Origin: Candidatus Hadarchaeota archaeon
GTDB taxonomy: Archaea; Hadarchaeota; Hadarchaeia; Hadarchaeales; JAGGTB01
Assembly (NCBI GenBank): GCA_964384105.1
Contig: CAYLJV010000004.1
Location: 64,001-128,000 of the forward strand
DNA: 64,000 bases
Reading direction: 5' to 3'
The translations under genes and the position numbers were made by a program. Below, one piece after another: positions 20,325 through 29,893 of this stretch (positions are counted from its first letter, which is position 1; each line of letters starts with the position of its first letter). The notes under the pieces are model-generated. The model worked only from the letters and a program-made list of their open reading frames with translations, was not told the DNA's origin and made no database searches.

Positions 20325-20641
20325 TGGTGGCGAGCTAGGCCGGGGAGCTAGCGGTTCCCTATACGAAAATCCGCTATATGTCGGGCCGAAGCTCTGGGGC
20401 GGCGTTCGGAACCACACGTCGGCTCGACTCGGAGCGTAGACGCCTCGTCCTGTTGGGTCGCTGGTGGCGGACTCTCAACCGGAGGGTTGAGACGAACCGC
20501 CTTCGCCTGCTGAATCCGGTCAGGGACGGAAGTCCGCAGCTGTAGGCAGGACAGTTGGCGCTTGCAGGGTCGCGGGGCCGAGCTACCGACCGAGTGTCAG
20601 GCGTGTGGGGAAGGCGTCCACCCAGAGCCCGTTCGCCACCA
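20325..20641 (+). ncRNA. ffs: Archaeal signal recognition particle (7S) RNA
   Basis: Terminal helix tggtggcga/tcgccacca, Alu-like 5' domain, helix 6 GGAG loop, helix 8 CAGG-GAC-GGAA-GTC; ~316 nt. Confidence 0.93.
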
Positions 20642-20731
20642 TATTAATCCTGGTTTAGAGCATTGTCGAAAAATCAATATTTAATATTAATGAATGTTTA
20701 AGTTGAGGAAAAAGAAAAATAACTTGCAGAT

Positions 20732-20821
20732 GCCGGGGTGGCCCAGTCTGGTAACGGCGCTGGCTTGCTAAGCCAGTTGCGCGAGAGCGCTTCCTGGGTT
20801 CAAATCCCAGCCCCGGCGCCA
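20732..20821 (+). tRNA. tRNA-Ser(GCT), CCA encoded
   Basis: gccgggg/ccccggc acceptor, anticodon arm ctggc-tt-GCT-aa-gccag, long variable arm, GTTCAAATC. Confidence 0.96.
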
Positions 20822-20894
20822 TTTCTTTTGTGCGAAGTGAATAAGGAAATTGTAGCGTTTTGATAATTCTAGTATTAAGATTCTTGATATTGAG

Positions 20895-21160
20895 AAGGAA
20901 GGCCGGGGACGTTACCTCTTTCGCGGGCAGGTTGTTGCCTATACTCTTTTATGTCGGTCGCCAACCGACTACAGTGCCTGCCGGCGCGCCCGGGACCCTC
21001 TGAACCACAAAGTGGTTCTCCAAGTCACCGCTTGGCTGTTTGAACAAGGAGTGAGAAATCTGCCAGCGGGACTTTTAATCCGCCGGTGTTGAAAATATAG
21101 TTCCTCAAGAGAAAAGTCAACGACCGACGGGAGCATGAAAGGATAGTCCTTTAATCAATT
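20895..21160 (-). ncRNA. Unassigned GC-rich multi-hairpin structured RNA candidate
   Basis: At least six helices, G-U pairs only on minus strand, TTTATATA box at 21193-21186. Confidence 0.55.
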
Positions 21161-21184
21161 TATTCTGGTTTTACCTCCTTAACA

Positions 21185-21220
21185 GTATATAAACTATATA
21201 CTTCTATGTTCTATAACATA
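21185..21220. promoter_or_regulatory. Two adjacent inverted repeats overlapping a TATA box (putative operator)
   Basis: gtatata-aac-tatatac (21185-21201) and tatgtt-ctat-aacata (21205-21220). Confidence 0.45.
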
Positions 21221-21330
21221 TTTATATTCCCGGATTTTTTTAAAAAAAACGGAATCATCGATTGCGAATAGGTGAGATGAATCGGGAACATAAACGAAGA
21301 GACTCATTTTGGAGGGCTCTTAATTCTGGA

Positions 21331-21681
21331 CTATAAATTGTTTTGGCGCATTTTCAAGAACTCGGACCATTCATTGGGTTTTATTCCTGCTATCCTCTTC
21401 GCTTCTTTTCTAATGGCTTGTTCTCCTCGTGTTTCAAGTATGTATTCAATCCACTCTGATTTTCTATGATTTTTCAAAAATTCTTTTAGATCCTCCAATT
21501 CCAGAGTATCTATTTTTTCGAGTGTATTTTCTGAGTCATCTTTTACCGAAGCGGGGGACTCGTAGTCTTTTTTTATCAATTCTTCGATGTATTTTGAAAT
21601 GTTTGAGTGATCCTTTTTAAGCCGCTTGATTAGTTTTTCCGACAATTTAATCTCTAGGCGGATTTTGCTGTCTTTGCACAT
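21331..21681 (-). CDS. Ribbon-helix-helix (CopG-like) domain protein
   Basis: IRLEIKLSEKLIKRLKK..NISKYIEELIKKD pattern. Confidence 0.55.
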   Translation of the reverse strand: MCKDSKIRLEIKLSEKLIKRLKKDHSNISKYIEELIKKDYESPASVKDDSENTLEKIDTLELEDLKEFLKNHRKSEWIEYILETRGEQAIRKEAKRIAGIKPNEWSEFLKMRQNNL

Positions 21682-21797
21682 CGTTGATATCTCTTCCGTT
21701 AGTAGTAAAAATAGATAGGGGGAGTAAAAATTTAAGGAACTCGATCTGTTCTTTTTCGTGAACCGTTCAATTTTCTGATAAGTACCGATACAAATTT

Positions 21798-21861
21798 AAA
21801 AGAGGAGCCCCGGAAGCCAGAAGAAAAGGGGGATCGGGAGGTGACTTCTCACTTCCGAGGC
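21798..21861 (-). terminator. 3'-UTR stem-loop plus U tract, loop contains anti-SD TCACCTCC
   Basis: Minus strand gcctcggaagt/gcttccggggc stem followed by tcctctttt. Confidence 0.6.
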
Positions 21862-21881
21862 ATTAGTATTAGATCAAGTGA

Positions 21882-22883
21882 TTATGGGCCACCTGTATCT
21901 TCAGGAATTCCCGCATCCTCTGGGGGCCCAGCATTTTCTGAATTGTTTTCATTGTTATCTTCCGTTGATCCTGCGTTATCTGGAATGTTTCCGAAGGAGT
22001 TCTCTGATGGTCCCATGTTCCCTGGTACATCAAGGTTCTCGAGGAAATCTCTGATATTATCCATGTTTATTTCTCGGTCCTTCAGGATGTTTCGAATGAT
22101 TCCTGGGGGTAGTGTTTTTTCCTTTAAGAAGTTCTCGAGATCTTCGGTTGGGATATTTCTGTTTTCCAGTATCTCTTTGAGTATTCCTGGTGGTAGTTCC
22201 TTACCCTCCAAGAAGTTCAATAGGTTCTCGTAATGTATTTCACGATTTTCTAAAACTTGCTTCATAATACCCGGTGGCACGAAATTGTTCTCTATCATTC
22301 TTTTGACGTTTTCCCAAGCGTTGTCCATTTCTTGGATTTTTTGTTTCAGTATTCCTGGTGGTATTTCCCCTTCACCGAATGCATTTTCGATATTCTCTAG
22401 GACTCTTTCCTGTACTCTGCTGCGAATCATGGCCCTTTCAATCGCCTGCTTAGCTTGAGGTGAGACTTTGTTCTCTAGATTCTCTAAAACTCTAATGTGG
22501 TTTTGTACTGCTTCTCTTGCTCTCTGGATCCCCTTACCATTATTAGCGAATCCTGCAGCTTTTCCTATCCGGTCTCCTGCTTCGCTAAGCAAGTTAGCGT
22601 GATTGTTAGAGATTCCTCCTGAGGCTACATTTTTGTATTCTTGAATTCGTTCTTGAGCTCTATCTAAATGCCAGTTTGGATTATCGGAATTTGCTAATTC
22701 CTTTATTCGTTCTCCGGCCATTTCCAATCCATAAAGTGGACTTTCCGGATTCTGATCAGCAAAGGAATCTACTGCTACAGGAGTTCCGACTGCTCCGCCG
22801 GCAACCGCTACGATTGCAACAACTGCCGCTGCGGTGACCACTCCTGCTTGTCCTAAGTTTAACATTTTTTCTTTCACCTCCAT
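21882..22883 (-). CDS. Membrane-anchored DUF5667-like protein with PPG-ILK repeats and acidic tail
   Basis: PESPLYGLEMAGERI motif; four PPGI(L/M/I) repeats; N-terminal GQAG plus hydrophobic helix. Confidence 0.7.
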   Translation of the reverse strand: MEVKEKMLNLGQAGVVTAAAVVAIVAVAGGAVGTPVAVDSFADQNPESPLYGLEMAGERIKELANSDNPNWHLDRAQERIQEYKNVASGGISNNHANLLSEAGDRIGKAAGFANNGKGIQRAREAVQNHIRVLENLENKVSPQAKQAIERAMIRSRVQERVLENIENAFGEGEIPPGILKQKIQEMDNAWENVKRMIENNFVPPGIMKQVLENREIHYENLLNFLEGKELPPGILKEILENRNIPTEDLENFLKEKTLPPGIIRNILKDREINMDNIRDFLENLDVPGNMGPSENSFGNIPDNAGSTEDNNENNSENAGPPEDAGIPEDTGGP

Positions 22884-23200
22884 GATTTTTCTTAATCTTT
22901 TGGTAAATCCATGTCCAGGACCTTATTTAAATAATCTCCAACAACCGTTCATCTTGTGATTTTATTCCCTATTAGGAAGTACAATTTTATCCTAAAATCC
23001 AAATAGAGATTTTAAAACGTTCATTTTTCAGATAAAAGCTTAATTAAAACTTTAAATTCTAATCAGAAGAATTTACCAAAAATCGTTATAGGTCCCTTAA
23101 GTGGTCGGTTCTTGTTGGATGTGTTTTGTGATTGTTCGGAATTTGAGTAGAAAATGATAGTTTTGGCGAAAAGTAAGAATGGTCGAATGCGATAAGTTGA

Positions 23201-23536
23201 TTATTTTACCATAGTTAAGAACATTTTGAATTTTTCTTCGGCTTTAAGTGAATGAGGTTCGCTTGAGGGTATTACCGTGCTTTCTCCCGATTTTAGTTCC
23301 AGATCCTTTCCTGAGATAGTAACTTTTGCCTTTCCTTCTAGAATCTGTAGTAGGGCTTCGTATGGGGCTGTATGTTCACTAACTGTTTGTCCTTCGTCAA
23401 AAGCGAAGAGGGTTAGAGTTCCTGTTTCTCGATCTACTAATGTTTTGCTTACGATAGAACCTTCTTGGTATTCTATAAGCTCCCCTATTTTGAAGATTTT
23501 GCCGGATATTTCTCTTAGTAAGCTATTTTCACTCAT
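23201..23536 (-). CDS. Cupin domain protein
   Basis: FAFDEGQTVSEHTAP..PHSLKA. Confidence 0.88.
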   Translation of the reverse strand: MSENSLLREISGKIFKIGELIEYQEGSIVSKTLVDRETGTLTLFAFDEGQTVSEHTAPYEALLQILEGKAKVTISGKDLELKSGESTVIPSSEPHSLKAEEKFKMFLTMVK

Positions 23537-23618
23537 GGACCCTGCTCCATATACGATTTATGGCTTATTACTGATAGGTAAAAAGAGTTTTTGGTCTTGT
23601 TTCCAAAAAATTTCACAA

Positions 23619-25502
23619 TCAAGTTTCTGAGTCTTGAACTTTTGGCTTATTTAGCTGTACTTCAAATCTGGATCCACCTAGTTCCGATTCTTTAAAGTTT
23701 ATAGTTCCATTGTAACTCTCAATTATCTTTTTTACTAGGGCTAATCCAATTCCTGAGCCGGCCGTTTCTCCACATTTGAATCCTTTGTCAAAGATTCTAT
23801 CTTTTATACCGTCAGGGATTCCTTTACCATCGTCCTCTATTACGACCATGCATTGTTCTGGTGATCTTTTTGTAGAGATTTTGATTATTTCACAATCTGC
23901 ATGCTTGATTGAGTTTTCTACAAGGTTGGAGAATAGCTCCTCTAATAGTGGACCTGCTAAAATTTCGCAGTCTTTATTATCATATTTAATCTTTGTACCT
24001 TCATCATCGGCTTGATCTTCATATTTCTGGACAACTCTTCTTATTACTGAAGAAACATCAATTTTGTCGACTTTGCTTTTGTCTACTTTTCGAAGAGTTC
24101 TAATTTTCTCTATGAGGTTGTTACCCTCCCTGCTCGCCTTTCGAGCTTTTTTAACGTATTCCTCTGCCCCCTCAGGTAAATCGAAATTTCTTAACAGCTC
24201 GTGATATCCTTCGATGATCTGAATTTTATTCTTGAGATCATGTCTTAGAAGCGAATGAAGGAATTCTTCCTTTTCCTTTGTTTTTCTTTTCTCCGAAGCA
24301 ATTAACGCCTTTTCATAATTGGATATGAGGTTTGATTTCATGGAATCGAGTTTCTGAATCTTTTTACGTTTTTTGCCAAGCAATGCGGCTGTTATGATTA
24401 TTGGAACTGCCAGACCACCTACAAAGAAGGATACAACTAGGGGGAGAGCATTCGATAAGAAGGAAAACCCACGGAAGTAGATTACAGTCAAAACCGCAAA
24501 AATTGAGATGCCAAAGATCCATGAAGCCAAACTAAATTTTAACATACGTCTTGCGTAGGTCCACTGAGAAGTTAGTAGTTCCTCGAGTTTTCCTTTCGTT
24601 GCTTTTAATCTATTTTTTATATCCTCTGGGTTACTTTTCCTTATTTCTTCAGACTCTAAGTTTCCTATCTCTCTATGTTCCTCTATTATCTCTTTTTTGG
24701 GACTTTCTGAGAGTTGTTGCTCAAGTATTTTTTCTATTTTCTTATTTTCTGTGATATCTTGAGCTAACAAAAGAGTCTCGTCTGATCCTAATATTACCTG
24801 CTTAAATAAAATGAATTGAGCATCTTTCTTTTCCTTGGGGGTTATCTTGATTTCTTTTTGTTCACTGTTGGGATTTCCGGATATTACTTCAAATTCTTTA
24901 TTTTGAATTTCTTTCTTGTTTTTGTTTGAAGGATTGTTTTCAAGCCAGCTATACAAGTTTCCTAAATCTTCTGTTCCCAAACCCAGCATTTCATCCATTT
25001 TTGAGTTGAAGATTTTTACATTATCTTTTGATCCGCATATCACTATTCCTATTTCAGCGTTTTCGATTGTTTTTCTGTATCTTTTTTCTGATTTTTGGAT
25101 TTCTTTTTGGGCTCGATGTCTTTCTACTGCCTGAAATATTGCATGTTTTAATTCTCCGTATTGTGCCTTTTGGTCTCCGCCTTTCTGGATATATTGATCG
25201 GCTCCGAGATTGAGGGCTTTCATCGCTACCTCTTCCCGACCTTTTCCGGTGAAGATGATGAATGGGATATTGCTGTTTTTTTCCTTCCTTAAGATTCTCA
25301 GAAATTCAAGGCCGTCAATCTCGGACATTTGATAGTCAGATATTATAGCGTCGTATCTTTCATTTTTTAGAAGCTCTAAACTTTTTTCCACGGAGCTCTC
25401 AGTTTCTACATTTATTTCCTTCTCTCCTTTTTCTATGTACAGCTTTGCTTGTTCCAGTAAATCTGGTTCGTCGTCTACAAAAAGTACTCTCAATCTAACC
25501 AA
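23619..25502 (-). CDS. Hybrid sensor kinase: REC-PAS-2TM-HisKA-HATPase
   Basis: VDDE/SDYQM receiver, LRHDLKNK H-box, NLVENSIKH, DDGKG, GSGIGL. Confidence 0.9.
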   Translation of the reverse strand: MVRLRVLFVDDEPDLLEQAKLYIEKGEKEINVETESSVEKSLELLKNERYDAIISDYQMSEIDGLEFLRILRKEKNSNIPFIIFTGKGREEVAMKALNLGADQYIQKGGDQKAQYGELKHAIFQAVERHRAQKEIQKSEKRYRKTIENAEIGIVICGSKDNVKIFNSKMDEMLGLGTEDLGNLYSWLENNPSNKNKKEIQNKEFEVISGNPNSEQKEIKITPKEKKDAQFILFKQVILGSDETLLLAQDITENKKIEKILEQQLSESPKKEIIEEHREIGNLESEEIRKSNPEDIKNRLKATKGKLEELLTSQWTYARRMLKFSLASWIFGISIFAVLTVIYFRGFSFLSNALPLVVSFFVGGLAVPIIITAALLGKKRKKIQKLDSMKSNLISNYEKALIASEKRKTKEKEEFLHSLLRHDLKNKIQIIEGYHELLRNFDLPEGAEEYVKKARKASREGNNLIEKIRTLRKVDKSKVDKIDVSSVIRRVVQKYEDQADDEGTKIKYDNKDCEILAGPLLEELFSNLVENSIKHADCEIIKISTKRSPEQCMVVIEDDGKGIPDGIKDRIFDKGFKCGETAGSGIGLALVKKIIESYNGTINFKESELGGSRFEVQLNKPKVQDSET

Positions 25503-25613
25503 TGAATGGTTTTAGTATTATTGAGTTATTAATTTCATTATCTCGAAGCAGCTACAGAGTTATTTTTGGGGGAAGAGCTCTTGATAACTGCTGATTGGAA
25601 TTATATTTGAATA

Positions 25614-26276
25614 TTACTTGTTTTTCAGCTTTATAGATAACCAACTTATCAGAGTCACCAGCAGAGCTGTAACAACGGAGAACAATAATTTTCCTTTCAA
25701 CCCTCCGGATTCTCTAATGAAGGAGATCATATCGTATATGCCTGCGCCGATGTAGTAAGCAGGAAATGCTAATATTATCGGCAAAAGTTTACATAACAGA
25801 TTTTTCCGATTTTGAGATGCTAGGTAACCATTGAGATATATCATAGGCCCAGAAAATAGAAGGAACAACCAGAGTGATCCGGTGAAATTTTCATAGATTA
25901 ATATATGTCCAAAGTCCGGTGTTAGTCCACCAGGATTTGATGTTACTCCAATTATAGGAAGGATGATAAATATTCCAATTGTTCCAATTATCGTTATAAT
26001 AAATCCGAGAGATAGAATTAACTGAGCACGAGATTCCTCTCTTTTGATGATTCTATTCAAGGGGTAAAATAAAATTAGTACTGAGGCTATCGAGCCTACG
26101 AAAAATTGTCTTAGCGGCTCCTCGAGGATGTAACTTGGCGCATTTTGTGGCGAGTTTAACTTTATCCACCCATAGCTCAGTAGGAGGTAGATAGAGCTTA
26201 TAACCACTGCTATTAGTAAAGAGATGATTACTATCCTAGATTTCAAAATGGTTTGACTTTCTTTTTGATTTTTCAT
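25614..26276 (-). CDS. Hypothetical multi-pass membrane protein
   Basis: About six hydrophobic helices. Confidence 0.65.
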   Translation of the reverse strand: MKNQKESQTILKSRIVIISLLIAVVISSIYLLLSYGWIKLNSPQNAPSYILEEPLRQFFVGSIASVLILFYPLNRIIKREESRAQLILSLGFIITIIGTIGIFIILPIIGVTSNPGGLTPDFGHILIYENFTGSLWLFLLFSGPMIYLNGYLASQNRKNLLCKLLPIILAFPAYYIGAGIYDMISFIRESGGLKGKLLFSVVTALLVTLISWLSIKLKNK

Positions 26277-26440
26277 TTTCTCAGTTTGTTATTTTTTAGA
26301 TATCTAAAGTGCGGAAGTGGTATTTGAAGGTTGGTGTTTTCTTTTTTAAGGGAAGTTATTTTTACTTTTTGTTTCGTCTTGGATACAAAGTTTATAATCA
26401 GAGTTCTTCATAAACTTCGTAGAATAGTAGGTGAACATAA

Positions 26441-27742
26441 ATGCCAACTTCCTCTAAGCGAGTTTTCGGTTTTGTTATAGTGCTGATACTTGCTTCTGCC
26501 TTGACTGTGGGGTATGCTTTAGATAGTTATCTTATTTCAGAAGATAGTGATGAGATAAGTAAGGCTCAATTCCTATATTCTAACTTTTCGAGAGAGGAAG
26601 AGCCAAATGTTACAGAAGAGGTACTCTCTGAATTAGTCGGCGGAAATAATCAATTCGTTTTCGATTTGTACCAAGAAATTTTGGATGAAGATGGTAATCT
26701 TTTCTATTCGCCGTACAGTATTTCTTTAGCATTAGCCATGACTTATGCAGGGGCGAGAGGCGAGACCGAAGGGCAGATGTCAGATGTTCTCAATTTCACC
26801 TTATCTCAAAACGATTTACATCCCGCTTTCAATGCGCTAGACCAACAGTTGACTGGTAAGGAAAAACCCGAAAATTTCGAACTAAATATCGCAAATGCTT
26901 TTTGGGGCCAAGAAAATTACCATTTTGAGGAAGCTTATTTGGATACCCTTGCCAGGAATTACGGAGCGGGTATTGGCATTCTTGATTTTATGGGGGAACC
27001 AGAGGAAAGTCGAGAAATTATAAATGAGTGGGTTGAAGCTAAAACTGAAAATAAAATTGAGGATCTGCTTCCAAAAGGTTCGATTAGTCCCGCAACTAGG
27101 GCAGTTCTTACAAATGCTATATACTTCCTTGCTAAGTGGCAGAACCCCTTTCAAGAATCGAACACAGAGGATGGAAAGTTTACTCTCTTGAATGGTGAAG
27201 AAGTTAACGTGCCGATGATGTTTCAATCGAGTAAATTTAGATATGCTGAGGGAGGCTCATACAAAGCAGTTGAGTTACAATATAATGTGGAAGATATGTC
27301 CATGTTAGTTGTATTGCCGGAAAGAGGCTCGTTCTCGGATTTTGAAAAGTCTCTTAATAGCGACTGGCTAGGCGACATTATTAGCAATTTGGAAACTAAA
27401 GAGGTAGAGCTCAAGATGCCAAAATTTGAGTTCGAAAAAAGTTTGAACCTGTCAAAGACTCTCATCAAGATGGGTATGCCAGTTGCCTTCAGTCCTGACG
27501 CTGATTTTTCAGGGATTACAGGGGATAGATCTTTGTTAATAGACGAAGTATTTCACAAAGCGTTTGTATCTGTAGATGAAAAGGGAACAGAAGCTGCGGC
27601 TGCTACCGCTGTTGTTATGAGAGAGACTTCGGTTATGCCTACCGTTGAGCTATCGTTAGATAGTCCATTCATTTTCATGATACGAGACAATGAGACGGGT
27701 ACTATCCTCTTTGCTGGACGGGTTCTGAATCCAAATGCGTAA
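26441..27742 (+). CDS. Secreted/anchored serpin (inhibitory-type hinge)
   Basis: NLFYSPYSI, NAIYFLAKW, EKGTEAAAAT hinge, DSPFIFMIRD..ILFAGRV. Confidence 0.95.
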   Translation: MPTSSKRVFGFVIVLILASALTVGYALDSYLISEDSDEISKAQFLYSNFSREEEPNVTEEVLSELVGGNNQFVFDLYQEILDEDGNLFYSPYSISLALAMTYAGARGETEGQMSDVLNFTLSQNDLHPAFNALDQQLTGKEKPENFELNIANAFWGQENYHFEEAYLDTLARNYGAGIGILDFMGEPEESREIINEWVEAKTENKIEDLLPKGSISPATRAVLTNAIYFLAKWQNPFQESNTEDGKFTLLNGEEVNVPMMFQSSKFRYAEGGSYKAVELQYNVEDMSMLVVLPERGSFSDFEKSLNSDWLGDIISNLETKEVELKMPKFEFEKSLNLSKTLIKMGMPVAFSPDADFSGITGDRSLLIDEVFHKAFVSVDEKGTEAAAATAVVMRETSVMPTVELSLDSPFIFMIRDNETGTILFAGRVLNPNA

Positions 27743-27825
27743 TTATGCGGAGTTTTGCTAATTTAGGACTGAACCCCGGGATTTAAAGGGAAGAAGAACG
27801 TTTAAGGACAAAACGGAGAAACAAA

Positions 27826-27954
27826 ATGCCATGGGAAAAAGCATCTAAATTTTACAGGCAAAGAAAAAAAGAGGCTTACAGTCGTATCAGGCAGGAAGAC
27901 CTTTTCCAAGAGTTCAAGGAGTTTATTGACTGGAGAACCAATCAGGCAATGTGA
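27826..27954 (+). CDS. Possible 42-aa microprotein or gene remnant
   Basis: GGAG SD then MPWEKASKFYRQRKKEAYSRIRQEDLFQEFKEFIDWRTNQAM*. Confidence 0.3.
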   Translation: MPWEKASKFYRQRKKEAYSRIRQEDLFQEFKEFIDWRTNQAM

Positions 27955-28041
27955 TGATTAATTGTTCTTTTCTGTTTAGAATGCTATTGTTACTGTTAGA
28001 AAATTACTTCTAATTTTGTTTTTGATTTGCATATATTGTTC

Positions 28042-29718
28042 TCAAAAGTTTTTATTTGCTTTTTTGTCCTTTTGAATGGCTTTGTAGACGCTGTAACCCC
28101 CACTAAGATTTGAGGCCTCGTATCCCTTTTGGGTTAGCATCCTGTTTGCTATATATGATCTCAAACCGATTCCACAATAACTCACAATTTTCTTGTCTTC
28201 TGGTATCTCGTCAATCCTGTTCCTGAGCTCGTGTAGGGGAATGTGGATCGAATTTTCGATCTGTCCCTCTTTTAACTCTGATTGCTTTCTAACGTCCAAA
28301 ATAGTAGTGTTTTCTTTATCTAAAGAATCTAGATCGTGCCAGTGAACTATGTCCATCATATCGTTGATTATGTTCCCAGCCACGTAACCTGCCATGTTAA
28401 CGGGATCCTTTGCTGCAGAATATGGTGGTGCATAGGCTAGTTCAAGTTCCTGCAGGTCGAATACAGTCTTTTCGAACCTTATTGCGTTTGCTAAAACATC
28501 TATTCGTTTGTCTACTCCCTCTTTTCCTACTATCTGAGCTCCGTATAGTCTTCCATTTCTCGGATCAAAGATTACTTTTATAGTCATCTTTTTCGCGCCG
28601 GGATAGTAGCCGACGTGAGATCTGGATATTGTGAAAGATTTTTCGTAGTTGATACCTTTCCTTTTGAGTGTTTTTTCGTTCATTCCAGTGGACGCTACTG
28701 TTAGGTCAAAAACTTTTGTTATGAACGTTCCTTGAGTGCCTTTGTATTTTTCTTTCTGTCCGGCGATATTATTGGCTACAATTCGCCCCTGTTTATTCGC
28801 AGGGCCTGCCAAGGGAATATAGCAAGGTTCTCCATCAACTTTGTGTTTTATCTCAATAGCGTCACCTATAGCGTAAATATCGGGATCGGAGGTCTCTAAA
28901 TATTCGTTTACTTTAATTCCTCTTACTTCTCCTATTTCTAAACCTGCCTTCTCGGCGAGTTCAGTTTCTGGCCTGACCCCTATTGCCAGGATTATAATGT
29001 CGGATTTCAGTTTTTTACCGCTCTCCAGAACTACTTTCGATTCTCCGTCTTCCCTTTTGAAAGATTTAACTCCATCTTCGAGGTGAAGATCTATGTCTTT
29101 TTCCCTAAGATGGTTGTGTATTTTGACTGCCATGTCGTAGTCCAATGGGGGCATAACTTGGTCCATCATCTCTACTAAAGAAACGTTTAAACCGGCATTT
29201 TTGAGATTCTCTGTCATCTCTAGGCCAATGAACCCCCCTCCTACCACTACAGCTTTTTGAACCTTCTCCGATTCTACAAGTTTCTTGATAGAATCAGTAT
29301 CAGGTATATCTCTGAGAGTAAAGAGGTTATCAACTTCATCTATTCCTTCGATAGGTGGCTTTAATGGCTCAGCTCCCGGGGAAAGGACGAGTTTATCGTA
29401 ATCTTCGAAATAAGTTTTATTGTTTTTTAGATCCTTGACTTTTACTTTCTTTTTCTCCGGGTCTATGTCTACTACTTCATTGTTGACTCTTACATCAACG
29501 TTGAACCGGGTTTCTATCGATTTGGGTGTTCGGATTATCAGGTTTTCTCTATTCTCAATTTTATTTCCAATATAGTAAGGGAGACCACAATTTGCGAAAG
29601 AGACGTATTCTCCTTTTTCAAATATTATTATCTCAGCGTTTTCTTTCAATCTTCTTAGACGCGCTGCTGCGGTGGCCCCGCCTGCGACTCCACCAACGAT
29701 CAGAATCTTCTCAGACAT
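28042..29718 (-). CDS. cdr: CoA-disulfide reductase/NADH oxidase with C-terminal rhodanese domain
   Basis: GGVAGG, SFANCGLPY, YAPPYS, CGIGLRS rhodanese; likely start MSEKILIVGG at 29718. Confidence 0.9.
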   Translation of the reverse strand: MSEKILIVGGVAGGATAAARLRRLKENAEIIIFEKGEYVSFANCGLPYYIGNKIENRENLIIRTPKSIETRFNVDVRVNNEVVDIDPEKKKVKVKDLKNNKTYFEDYDKLVLSPGAEPLKPPIEGIDEVDNLFTLRDIPDTDSIKKLVESEKVQKAVVVGGGFIGLEMTENLKNAGLNVSLVEMMDQVMPPLDYDMAVKIHNHLREKDIDLHLEDGVKSFKREDGESKVVLESGKKLKSDIIILAIGVRPETELAEKAGLEIGEVRGIKVNEYLETSDPDIYAIGDAIEIKHKVDGEPCYIPLAGPANKQGRIVANNIAGQKEKYKGTQGTFITKVFDLTVASTGMNEKTLKRKGINYEKSFTISRSHVGYYPGAKKMTIKVIFDPRNGRLYGAQIVGKEGVDKRIDVLANAIRFEKTVFDLQELELAYAPPYSAAKDPVNMAGYVAGNIINDMMDIVHWHDLDSLDKENTTILDVRKQSELKEGQIENSIHIPLHELRNRIDEIPEDKKIVSYCGIGLRSYIANRMLTQKGYEASNLSGGYSVYKAIQKDKKANKNF

Positions 29719-29893
29719 TTTTCTCACTAGAAGCCTAAGATTGGGCATCCTTTTTTCTGAAGCAGATGTTCCCACTCTTATGCTTATATTCGAATATTCT
29801 AATCTTTTAATATATACTTTTTGTTTTTAACGAGCTTTCCGTGAATTGGAGATAGTAATTCGTAAAGAATAGTATAGCGAGTTTCAGTTCTTT

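Noticed and set aside
20895-21160. Assignment as RNase P RNA, or TPP, FMN or guanidine riboswitch
   Set aside because: Only isolated short look-alike words; conserved cores are missing or out of order.
21841-22233. 130-aa plus-strand ORF
   Set aside because: Antisense shadow of the repeat-rich 21882..22883 gene.
27764-27790. tRNA-fragment-like sequence after the serpin
   Set aside because: No cloverleaf and no match to either tRNA in the window.
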